A stretch of DNA of 64,000 nt from Raillietiella orientalis (taxonomy: Eukaryota), in contig JAYWIR010000011.1 of NCBI GenBank assembly GCA_036172245.1, positions 2,976,001-3,040,000 of the forward strand, written 5' to 3'. The notes below the pieces were generated by a model. The model saw nothing but the letters and a program-made list of their open reading frames with translations. It ran no database searches and was not told where the DNA came from. Positions 53,036 to 64,000 of the stretch are shown here, piece after piece (position 1 is the stretch's first letter; the number at the start of each line of letters is the position of its first letter). The position numbers were made by a program, and so were the translations under genes.

Positions 53036-55399
53036 CAAAAACCTCCACCGCGAGGCCCCCACATGGGGTACGGCTGCTGACCAAGCTGCTCTAAAACAAC
53101 GCGTTTGGACTTCGACACGGGAAATGTATTCCGCGAAACCGCAACTGAGAACAGGGGAAGCTGGGCTCACGATTCCTCGGTTTCGGGGATGGAACCAGGT
53201 TCCGTGTAGCTTCACCCGAGGATCTCAAACATCATCGGCACGATCCGTGTACGACTCCTAGGACAGACGAGTGGACGATCCAGCATCTTATTTTGTCTTC
53301 CTTTATCATCGAGCCTAACCCTTGGATTGCGAAACTGCAAACGCTAAGAATCATCAGCAAGCACGATGACGGTGTCAACCACATCCGTCAAAAGATAAGA
53401 TAAATGCCAATATCTGAAGGGGCTGTCACATGACTGCAACGCATCTCGGAAGCAAAATCCTCTTCCCGAGAAAGTCCCTCTCTCCCAAAACGCGCACCCC
53501 ACTCCATTCGCGACGCATCGCAGCCTCGACTCACTCAGCCACCGAATGTTGACGTCGAGTTACATCCGAGGCACGGGAAAACCTCCTACCTTTTCTGGAA
53601 GAAACGGTGCTCCACGAAGCAGTGCCGACTTCTCCCGGCGCATCGGGGGAGAACACAGAAGGAGGGGGAGAGCAGGTGTTTTGGTTTGTTTACCAGCCGG
53701 CCTGACCCCCGCCGATTGAATTACCGCGTTCGGTTTCCTGGATCCCTCGCAAATGTTCCTCGGGAGCGCTCCGGGAAGGTGCCGAGGAATGCAGACTCTC
53801 GCCCGTGCCGAAGACACCTCGCACTCGGTTCCTCCTCCTAGGCTGCCGGCGCCTCTGGAAGATTGCAGGCAACCAACCCGCACGTGGGACGCAGCAAGAA
53901 GTTTCGAGACTCCAGCGAGCACGGCCCCAGACTTCGAGACTCAGCCGAGACTCGAGCTGAACAAACAAGGGCGGCAAAGATGCCTGGCTCTGTGCAAGCA
54001 GCCACAACAAATGCTGATCCTCAGGTCGACAAGCGTCACGTGATCGACCGTTTGCTGTGCTCAGGGGAGTAGGGGGGGAGAACAAACGAAGAAAAAAAAA
54101 TCTCAGGAATGGATATGAGCCGATGCTAAATTTATTCCTGGATGGGGTGTTCAAATAGCCCACCAGCTGGGAAGGGAAAGGGAGGAGAAGGAGGGTAGGG
54201 AAGGGGGGGGGGTTCCACTTGCTCTGTGGATGACGCAATCTTTGCCGAGTCGCCATCGAGCTCACTTTGGAAGCTGGAAACCTCCAGCGCCACACATTCC
54301 CACCTCGTTCCCATGGCAGCTGGTTCTATGTAGTGTTACGTTCGTTCGCATGGAAACAACTGGAGACCCGAAACAAACATGAACCCGATTCTGAGTCATC
54401 GTATGTACCGATGTGAGAGTTCCTGGCTCGTGAAGAGGATGTTTTCTGTCAGAGACTCCGTCCGAGCTCACCCGTCCCCCACCCCATGAGTAAAATATCA
54501 CTCTCGTGAGGGAACAACGTAGTGCCTTATCACGTCTACGAGCTCTCTTCATCCACGCGGGCGGCTGCCCCATTTACTCGATAAACGCGCGTCTTCGCAG
54601 CCCCTCCTACTGGTTTACGCGAATGAGACGTCACTCGCGCAGTCTTTGCCTATCTCCCGCCGATGGCGCTCCCTTCGACCACATTCGGTGGGCGTTATCC
54701 GCGCTTCCCCCCTCACCATCGTCACGGGAGAGCGTTTGCCGGAACAGATAAAGAAGGGCGGGGTGAAGGACCGACCCGCTCTTTCTGTCAAGCCCGGTGC
54801 GCAGCCCGTCGCCTTCGTTTTTTTTTTTTTCCACTATGGGTCACCACCCTTTTTGCCCGTCTGGAGGGGAAAAAGGGTGACCATTGAAACGGCTGGCTAC
54901 AGGTCGGGGGAAGTCCTGCCTCTCTCCTTCTTGGCAGGGAGAAGAGGCGCCGACCTCGGACCAAACTTCGGCAGGGGATCTCCAGAGTGCGCAGGCAGCG
55001 CTGCCGAGGCGCGAACGCAAACGCGGTGCCCCCGTATGCACTCCAGGACGGAAGGGGGCTCATAGATCGCCACAAATCGGGCCGCGATGGAGTCTCCGAC
55101 CGTCAGGAGTCCATTGCCCTGCGAGCACAGATGAAGGGAGAAGCGGCCCTTGGGCCCGGACAGGACGTCTGATCCCGGTTTCTTCCCTTAACGAGCGTTC
55201 GATTCCGTCGAAGCCGCGTTCCCCGAAGCGAGGAGGAGTTTCGCTTGCTGGAATTGCGAGCGCCAGTCTCTTCCCAGGAAGGGCACAGCGTGATCAGTGA
55301 AGACGGCCCAGATCACCGCACGGAACTCGCTCCGTGCGTCAATCGAGTGAAACGTCCCAATGATGCTGGACGGCGTATCGAACGTTCTTGGGATTCAAG

Positions 55400-58300
55400 C
55401 TCTCCAGCCTCTCGTGGATCAAGCCCGAGCGCAGCAGGAAGCTGCCCTCTTTCTTCCGGCAGCGGAGGGATCATTCCTGTGATCTAGACCGTCTGCACCG
55501 CTCACGCTGTGCCTTCCTTGGGAAAGACTCGCGCTCGCAATTCCAGCAAGCGAAACTCCTCATCGCTTCGGGAAACGCGGATTCGACGGAATCGAACACT
55601 CGTTAAGGGAAGAAACCGGGATCAGACGAATGTGCCCCCTCCCTCCCCACATCTTCCTCCTAAAAGAAAAGAGTAGAATCCGCGGTGAGAGGAAGGGTGT
55701 GTGCGTGAGAGTCGACGAGCACCGGAAGCCACGCCCACCTCGGCAAACCGGAAGAGTCCGTGCGAGTTCGGGAACAAATCGAACCAGGGAACGCGTGTCA
55801 CCTCGCGAGACGCAGATCCCGTTTCCCGTTCTGTTACGCGCGCATGACCTCTCAGGTAGTCAGGTAAAAACACGCTGGAAGTCGCCTCCGCCATAGCGGG
55901 ACGCGATTAGTCACCTGAGGATCTCCCCTCACCGTCTCTAGGGAACCATGCTGCCTGAGGCAAAGCATCTCGGGTCTCCAGATGAGACCCTAGATGGCGT
56001 GTCAACTTGACGTGCACTCATTCGGGACAGAGGACCTTTCCTCCCCACAGAGTGGTGGCTTATCGGCATTCACCCGGAGGAAGCCGAACGGGCAGCGAGC
56101 CGAGGTCCTCTCCGTCTGCGTCTTCCGAGGATGGGTGACGCTGCGTTTCGGACTGAAGGCCGGTTTTCAGCAGCCCTCCCCACACGAACAGCAGGCGGGG
56201 AGGCCCGCTCCCTTCGGTCCAGCTCGGCTTCCCGGCACGGGCCACTTTCCTGGAGAATCCACTTCGGGATAGGGGTGGAGGGAAGGGCAGAACGCACGTC
56301 GGGGAGGGTCAATTAGCTGACCGCACCTCCATCCTCGCGCCGCATTTCGCCGGAGTCGAGGTGGGGCAGGCTTCACGTGGCTCGGTCCCCAAGAAGGGCA
56401 GAAGCGTGGGGAGGGGGCTCTCTGAGTCCGGGTGCTGCGCGAGAGAACGGGGTGAGGGAAACAAACGTGTGAGGACAGACGCAGAGGGAGGGCAGAAGCC
56501 CCGCGGCGCAGTTCGGTTTGGACGCAACCAAGCAGTGCAGCAGGGGATTCCTAGCCGGAGGAGGGCGCCGCGTCCTACCAACTTCCTAGCGTAGGCAGGG
56601 AAAAGGCCTCCTTCTCACCCCATAGCACAGACCGGGGGAGAATCCGAGAGAAGAAACCGAATGCGTACAGGATAAGGACTCTGCCCGATGGGTCGGAACG
56701 CAGCTTCTCAGCATCTTGCCCTGCTCCGCGGAGACAGGGCCGAGAGCAGCCACCGACGAGGCTTGGCAAGATGGTCGCCGGCCGCTCCAGAGAAGCAGGG
56801 AGGCCGATCTCGTGTGCGAACCAGTCGGACCAGCGGCCACGGTAAGCCGGAGCCGCTGAATCCCGCTCTCGGTGCGGGAGTTCCCCGGCTGACCTCCTCC
56901 ATGAAGATGGGCTGCTGCTACTCTCGTGAGCGCGCGCTCGGCGCGTGCACTCTCAGAATCGCCGACTCCGACGGAGGAGGCGGGTGGGACAGAAAGCTAG
57001 AGGGAGAGAGGGAGGACGACGGTTCAGGAGATGCAAGTTCGGGAGATGAGGCAGGGGCTGTTTCCTTGGGAAGAAGTGACTGCCCTCCGGAGAGAATGAG
57101 GAAGGAGATTCCCTTCGGGGTTCCCCTTCGGAGACAACCAGGGTGGGAGGTGCGATCCCCCCCGTACGGGGGAATCCCTCCCCAAGCGTGAGAGGAACGG
57201 ACTCCGAGCCCTTCCGCGAGGCACGCGACCGGCTATGAGGTACTTAGCGAACCAAAAAAAAGAAGTGACTGCCCTCCAGGCTAGGTGGCGTCCACGAGTC
57301 GAACCCGCGATTTCCAGCCGAGAAGATCTTCTCGTTCTTCTCTCTCTTCCTCCAGTAAAAGACCATGTGGAGATGATTCTGGATCAAGGAGCAGGGAGGA
57401 TATGCCGAGGGTGCACAGCACAGTAGGAATCTGCGTGCGTGTGTCCCGGACCAATGCATCTGCAGAGATCCTCTGATGTTGCTGGACAATACGGGGAGGT
57501 GGCTTGCTTAGAAAGGCTGGGAGCCGGCGTTTTGCAGCAGCCAGATCCGGACTCGACTCTGCAAGGGGAGAAGGACGAGATGTCGTCCACCTCCTCCGAA
57601 AATCTCTAGGTGGTCCTGGAGGAGAGAGAAGAGAGGAGGAGGAAGAGGAGGAAGTGCAAGAGAGGAGAGAGAAAAGGGTAGGAGGAGGACAGAAGCGACG
57701 GAAAGAGAGACGATCGCAGGCAATTGGCTCTTTGCCCGAAAGGTGCCCGTGCCCGACGGGACCACTCGTCAAGGGATTTCGCGGATCTTGGGAGCGGAGA
57801 GCGGTGCAGCGCTGAGAGAGAGCGAGTGTTTCACTGCACAAGGTCCAGTGCGTCCTGGATTTTCCATAATGTGTCCTGAAGCCGGCCTCCGGGATGCCAG
57901 CCACAAAGCGATGACGTCCTGCGGACTGCTCTCTCCTGGGTAGCTCGAGAAGTGGACGAGGGAAAACAAAAGGCATGGCTGCAAAAGTTCCCCCCCTTCC
58001 TCAACCTCAGTATGCCGGAAGGCATCGAAGTGACCTTCAAGATCAGGAAACCTCTCAAAGCTTCGGCTTTTGGACGGTCGACGGGAGCGGCTATCAGCAC
58101 TCGTTGTTGAGAAGGGAACGGTGTCCTTGGAATCCTCCTCTTCTCGAAGTTTCCGGAAGGAAGGTCTTGTCCGGTCGCAAAGAGTCGCGTGCTGCTGCCG
58201 GACCGGTCTGGCCGCCCCGCCTCTACTCACACCGCCGCTGACATCCAAGGAACCTCGAAAAACGTGGCAGCGCCGGTGGACAGGACTTCCGTGACCGTGG

Positions 58301-58700
58301 AATTCTCGAGTGGGAGCCGCGGCTCTGGCCCCAAGCAAGAAAACCCATGACATGCCCCCAGCATCCCATGACCCGGCGAGTCCGAAGGACCTTCCAGGCT
58401 TGGTTTCAGCGGGAATTGGGAGCGAGAGACTTTCCATCCGTCCAAGACTACACGCTTTGCCGCACTGCCAGGTGGCGCCGAGTGGTGGCGCCCGCTCCCG
58501 ACCGCGGAGGCGGAGTTTTCGCTTCGAGAGGTTTTCCTGACTCCCGTCGGGTGGCGTTGCGTGACGACCTTCGGCGGCCGGGACATTGGAAAGCCGCGTT
58601 TTTTCCTCTAGCTCCGAAGTGAGATGCGCTCCAGAGGCAGCAACCAAAATCGCCGGAGGGACTTCAGAGAGAAGCAGGCACCCCGCGATCTCGACGAAGC
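55400..58700 (-). mobile_element. Decayed GC-rich Ty3/Gypsy pol remnant, interrupted by repeat copy D
   Basis: Frameshifted RT-like segments in order: QFPLKP, FLLGARAAAPTREF (cf. MPFGLxNAPATFQ) and RPKAEALRGFL (cf. PxxxxxLRSFLG). Boundaries approximate. Confidence 0.35.
57040..57265 (+). mobile_element. Partial copy D of the SINE-like repeat
   Basis: GATTCCCTTCGGGGTTCCCCTTCGGAGACAACC...GTGAGAGGAACGGACTCC...GTACTTAGCGAACCAAAAAAAAG matches the reverse complement of about 52250-52530. Confidence 0.7.
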
Positions 58701-61274
58701 CGTTGCTTCGAACGGGCGCCTCTGGATCTTCGAACGCGCCCACGAGAAAATTCACTCCAGTTCTTACAAGGAGTAGGAGAGCAAAGACGAGGGAAGTGGA
58801 AGTGCAAAGGGAAGGAATCGCTAAAAGGAGGAGGAAGAATGGTGGAGGAAGAAGAGGAGGAACGGTGAAAGAATTAAAAGAAGAGGAAAGATGATGAAAG
58901 GTCGAGAAAAAGAAAGAAAAGGGGAGGAATGGACAGAGAGGAGGAGCAGGAATGTTAGAGCTCCGTTCCATTCTCACTGCTCCTCTCATCCTTGGCGTAC
59001 CAGCACGACCCAGAGCATGTTGAGACGCAGGGTTTCCACTCCTTCCCTTGCTGAAGCGGAGGAGAAGGCGTGACAGCAGCCAATCCGCGGCTCCATTTGG
59101 GCCTGAGAAGGGCGTCCCGGAGGACGCACAGGATGACCGGAAGAAAAGGGGGGAAATACCTCACAGGAGGGGTGTGCGTGTCTTGCCGGAACTCCCGAGT
59201 CGGGGGGAGCAAGAGCCTCTGTCGCTGCCATCCCGCTACCCTGTGCCTCTTCCCTGGACGTGAGAGTGGCCGTAGAGGGGGCAGGAGGAGGAAGTTCGCG
59301 AGGTCACACGCTCGCTCCACTGGGAGCGTGGCCTTCTCCCTCTCAGCCGCGGATGTCTCCTGGAAAAGGGAAGAGGAGGAGAGAAGGGATAGACTCCGTG
59401 GGTGGCACCGCCGGATAAAGGGCAGGGCGCACGTCCAGAAGATTTCTGGAGCGCCTGGGAGAAGTCGCCCCACTCTTCTGCGTCCTCGGCGGCGTCGGTA
59501 CCACGGCAGCGCCCTCCCTCTGAGAGGAAAGGTCCAGCACGCCCGAGCCATGACGCTTCCCGGAGGAAGCGGCACGGCTCGGGCGCGTTTCCTCGGAGGA
59601 GGGGACACGGAGTTCAGGAACCCTCCACATGCCGCGGTGCCACTGGCGCTTCTTCGAGGGCCGGTCGCTGCAAGGTGAGGGTCCCTTCCTCCCTCTTCGG
59701 CTCTCGGTCTCCATGGAAGGACGGAACAGGGGAAGGAGCGGCAGGACAGCCTAGGTGACCCGGCCCACCTGTCCGGAGCGCGCGCCCGCCAGGCTCGGCA
59801 AATGCAGAGGTGGCGGAAACGCCGCTGCCAGGTGACGTTACCTGCCGAGAGGCGCGCGCCGCTGCCGCTCCCCTGTTATGACTCATCGCTTCCCTGATAG
59901 GTTTCCGGCGCGGAGGCTGCGAACTGGGGTTTCAGTCCGGGGCTGTGAGGCCGCAGGACCTTTCGTTCGAGACTTCCTCCCGGGTGGGGACCTCCCCCCT
60001 CTGGAAAAACTCCCTCCGGCGCTGGGTCGAGCTCGGATCCTGGGGTCGTTCCGCGCCGGTTCCTGCTTCGGTCACGCTGTTGCGGTTTAGTCTTCCGGGA
60101 GTCGAGGCCGTGATGAGAGAGTAGCGCGGAGTTCCGCGAGATGACGTTCTTTCGAGAGAGGAAACAAAAGAAGGCGGAAGCGCCATCTCTCTGCGAGCCG
60201 ACCCGTTACCAGCGTCCCGCGTCCTTCTCGCCGGGCTCAGCCCGGGGCACTGCCAACTCCAGCCGGGACTCATCTCAAGAGAGCGCGAGTGCGCTCGTTG
60301 ATTTTTTTTTTTTCATTTCTGTTTTAATTTTTTTACACGGCCGATTTGGAAGCGGAAAAGTCATCCGAGGCCCTCCCGAGGGCGAGCAGCTATGGAGTCT
60401 CCCTAGGATCTCTTGTTATAACGATCCATGTCTACAGGATGACGTCCTCGCATGCGCGCCTCCCTGCATCCACGGCATCTCCGCCAGATGCCGTCGAAAG
60501 GGGGCGTCTCCTGAGCGATCGAGCTCCCCCTCCTTCCGCGCACATCGTGGCGTCAGAAGCTCGGGGAGAGAAAGCGCCTTCCCCTCGAGCACGAATCCGG
60601 AATCTCAAAACATTCAGGGAGGAAGGGGAGGGGGGAGAAGCGGAGAACACGGCAAGTTTGTGTGCGGGAGCCGACGGCAGCGAAGAGCAGGAGGAGATGC
60701 GGAGACGGCAACGAGTGACGATGGCGGCGACGCCAAGAATGGGTCCCGGGGACCACATTTCCGACGGGGACAGCGGGAGCCATTCGGTACAACCCCCTCT
60801 TCCTTCCCTTCTCTCTCTCTGAATAGGGAAAACGCTCACGCAGATCTTGTCTGCCTTTCTTCTTTCCCTCCACTCCTGGAGGCTTCGGCTGAAGGAGGGA
60901 TGCAAGGAGGCAATGCTCCCCACTGCTCCGAGCGGCGTTACCTGGGGATTGGGAGGACACGGAACGGGCTCAGGTAGCCTTCTGGCGAGCCCCGCAGGAA
61001 GCTCGACCTCTCTAGATGCACTTAGCGCACGCACGCACGTACGCAGAGGCGCACATGTGGCGCCCATCTGATTCCATCCCGCTTGCTCAAGGACTTCTTC
61101 CAGGGGAAAAAAAAGTCCCGGTTCAATGAGCCGGAATCCTACAGGGAGAAAAAGAGAAACCAATGGGTGTGCGAGAGCGCCTGCATCCCTCCTCTCCTGT
61201 AGTACGTGGATCCTCCTGCAGGCGGAGGCACAAGTCGATGCCCGTCCTTGTCCTCCTCGGATTCGCCAGCAAGC

Positions 61275-61500
61275 GTCATAGGGGTCGGGAGAGGAGGAAG
61301 GAGGGTGGGAAGAAGGAAGAGGAAGAGAAAATAAAGAGGGAAAGGATGGGGAAGAGGAGGCGCCAGAGAGGAGGGAGGAAGGGAAGAGGAGGAGGAAGAA
61401 AGGAAGAGGAGGAGTTCCGTGATAATCCTACGATATCAAAGATCCTCATGAAGTATGATCCCAATGAAGAAGAGGAGGAGGAGGAGGGAGAAAAAGGGGG
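61275..61500. repeat. Purine-rich (GA/GGA) low-complexity tract
   Basis: Long runs of GAG/GGA/GAA with very few pyrimidines. Confidence 0.8.
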
Positions 61501-61923
61501 CGGATAGCCACCGCTCCCTTCGAAGCATGACATGTGCAGCTGCAGCGCACGAAACGCCCCGACCCAAAAAAGGCCATCCACGGACGGAGGACCCATATTG
61601 GCTTGCGCTAGGCTCCCCGCTGTCCCTCTCTCCGCTTCCGAGGTCGTGCTGGAAGAGAGATGGACTTGTGCAAGCGGTGCAACATCTGCTAGATGCGGTT
61701 CCTCCCCCTACTCTGTCTGCTTATGGGTGCCGCTCAGGCGTCCTAAAGTGAGGCAGAGCCGAGACAGGGTCGCGGGGCAGACTAAGGACTCTCATTTGCT
61801 CCGAGAGCACACTCTTGGCACGGGGAGACCGAACTAGGACCCTTGCTCCTCCTTTCTGCTCCCTCCTCGACCCATTCCCTTCCTGGGAGTCGTTCCAACA
61901 CCTCTCTCGCGGGCTCGGCTCTT

Positions 61924-63960
61924 TTATTCGTTTCCTCCGCGCGCAGAGGTCCCCACGGGTGTAGACGTCGGTCGGCACTTTCTAGAGCGCAGCCCCCGTA
62001 CCGTGACGAAGCCGTCCAGGAAGGCGTTCCTCTCAGTGCCTTCGTTGAGGAGCAGCATCAGCAGTTGCTCTACGCTCACGCTCTCTAGGGACGTCCGGAA
62101 GCAGCCGAACTTCCCTCCGGCCCAGGAGTTCGACGTCCAGTAGTTACATCCTGTCGTCGAGCGGACGGAGGGGATGAACTCGAAGGCGCGGACCCACTCG
62201 CAGAGGTGCATCAGGATGAGGACACCTGGAAGGAGGCGCGCCGTGAGGATCCCCCGGGGGAATCGCTGTGGCGGGCAGCGGCGCAGGCACGACTTCTCGA
62301 GGCCTCCCCTCCTCCCCTTCTGGAAACCCAATGTCCAGGAGCGGATGATCCCACCCGTTCCTTCAGAGACGCCTCTGGAATCTCAGGGAAAGGGGAAGGA
62401 GAGAGAACAGGCGAACGAAGAAGCAGGTCTCCTCGCTTCCTCTGGGAAGAAGCACTTTGACCTTCCATCGAAGCTAAGGAAGACACCGCCGGACGAGGGA
62501 CCGAACGGAGTCCAGGAGCTGCGGCAGAAACGAGCGGAACTCTCCCTTCCCACTCCTGCATCCCTCCTCCTGCTCGTCCCTCTCTGTAGAAGAAGGGCCG
62601 GAGGCTCGCGCGCGGGCGGGAGGGGGAGAAGCGCTCTTGAAATACGAAGAGGGCGTGGTGAGTGCGGAGAGTCGCACGCGGCCGTGTCCGCCTTGGAGGT
62701 CGAGAATGCACGGCGTCAGCAGCAGGGGGGAGGGTGGGGACTTCAGCTAGCCTCCGGCAGCACTCGACCACCTCTTTTCTCCTTCCTCTTTCCTTTCCTC
62801 CCTCTTCTCGATCCGACTTTCGGGAGCTCGAGGGTCCTTCGTTTCCAGTTGCGGGGAGAACAGAAGGCCCGTGAGCCTCCAGGAAGGCGCGCGCGCTCCT
62901 GACGGACGGGAGGTGCACCACCTCGCTGCCAGCGCCGCCTCCGCCGCACGCAGCGAAGTACCGTAAAACTCGATGGAGGGGAGGCGCAGCCCTGGTGCTA
63001 TCTTCCCGAGCTCCTCCTCCTCACCCAAAAGACTCCCGACCTTCCATGCGAAGAAAGGGTCCAGGAAGTGCAGTGCCGCGTCGGGGAACTCGCGCTCGAG
63101 AGTCCGATAGGCCTCCAGGCATCTGCGCAGAGACCGGCTGTCCTAGAAGAGCATCTGGGGGAACAAACTTTCCAGTGGGCATTCCCCCACCCACATCTGG
63201 ACCTCATCTGCAGAAAAGGGGCAGCAGGTTGGCGCGCTCTCACGGTCTCTTTCCGAGCTGGGAGTGCGGCGACACTGCGTGACCTCTTTTTCCCCTTTCT
63301 CCTCTTCTCCCATTTCGAACTACCAGGAGACCAACATCAGCAGGATTGTCATCTTCCCCTCTCCATGTCTTCCTTCTTCTTCGAAGGCGATCTGGAGCCG
63401 GATCTCACGGAGAGAAGAGAGGGGAACAAGGTGTGGAACCGGGGAACTGCGAGGAGAAGGCGCGAGCCATGAGCAGCGAGAGGGTGGCTTCTTGGAACTC
63501 GCAAGATGGTTGGACGGACACCCAGGGGCCTACTGCATCCCGCTCACCCCTCTCCGGAAAAGACAAAGGCAGAGTGGAGAGGCAAAGGATGGACTGAGAC
63601 TCGTTGACCTTGGTCAGAGTGGGGAGAAGAGGGTGGACGCTGACTGGGTCTCCTGTACTCCCGTCAGAGTGGGAGGAGAGCAGGAAGAGGCTCGCGATCC
63701 ACTCGCCTTTCAGGCAAGAGGATCACCTTCGGAGTCCGGAGGCGGGGAGCCAGTTCGTACCTGGCTCAGGTCACTTTGGTCTGTCGGGAGGGCGAACACC
63801 AGCAGCGAAGCGTTCCCATAGACGGCTCTGTCCCGCGACCACATCCTCCGGAAGCCAGGAAGCAGAGCGTTCATCAACCTGAACGTCGTTTTGCTTCCCA
63901 CGTCGCGCTCGTGGTTGGCCACTGGGTGGTCGCCGAAACGGAGGACCACGTCATGGGAGT
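61924..63960 (-). CDS. ST6Gal-like sialyltransferase paralogue 2, last three exons (exon 1 beyond the window); divergent catalytic motifs
   Basis: Exons 63960-63761 (200 nt, same length and phase as paralogue 1 exon 2), 63142-62962 and 62225-61924 are in frame: DSHDVVLRFGDHPVANHERDVGSKTTFRLMN; HFLDPFFAW; LPSIEFYGVLILMHLCEWVRAFEFIPS; CNYW; GFVTVRGLRSRKC. Confidence 0.9.
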
Positions 63961-64000
63961 CTGGAAGCGGTTCCCACTGCGTGTGTTTGCGAGCCTCCCC

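Noticed and set aside
55966..55996. Imperfect 13-bp hairpin CATCT-C-GGGTCTC/GAGACCC-T-AGATG
   Set aside because: Isolated, inside decayed repeat sequence, with no associated terminal motif.
56907..57191. MGCCYSRE, resembling the vertebrate LAMTOR1 N-terminus
   Set aside because: No similarity beyond a few residues; the frame runs into repeat copy D. Coincidence.
57769..58989. 406-aa minus-strand ORF and other long ORFs at 49-63 kb
   Set aside because: Low-complexity, Arg/Pro/Ser-rich translations expected from high GC; only scattered decayed retroelement motifs.
1..64000. CRISPR arrays, prokaryotic operons or defence systems, alternative genetic code
   Set aside because: The sequence is intron-containing animal DNA; no regularly spaced repeats; all reconstructed genes translate with the standard code without internal stops.

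Overview
Eukaryotic (animal, most likely arthropod-like) genomic DNA. From splice sites and reading-frame continuity I reconstruct ten protein-coding genes: the 3' end of raptor (+), arginyl-tRNA synthetase (-), LAMTOR1 (+), SF3B5 (-), a tightly packed same-strand trio CPLANE2/RSG1-TRIP13/PCH2-BORCS8 (-), NAA35 (+), and two tandem ST6Gal-like sialyltransferases (-; the second is cut by the window edge). Also present: a decayed 28S rRNA fragment, several heavily decayed transposon remnants (Gypsy, Copia, hAT, possibly LINE and MULE) and a four-copy repeat family with a tRNA-like head. The most unusual signal is the mRNA-processing architecture. It combines operon-like gene spacing with unpaired splice acceptors (candidate SL trans-splicing), poly(A) hexamers fused into stop codons, 35-56 nt micro-introns, frequent GC donors and frequent AAG/GAG acceptors. 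The 28S fragment appears to end at the hidden break, and one sialyltransferase paralogue lacks its catalytic His. Gene identities come from my recall of family motifs, not from database searches.
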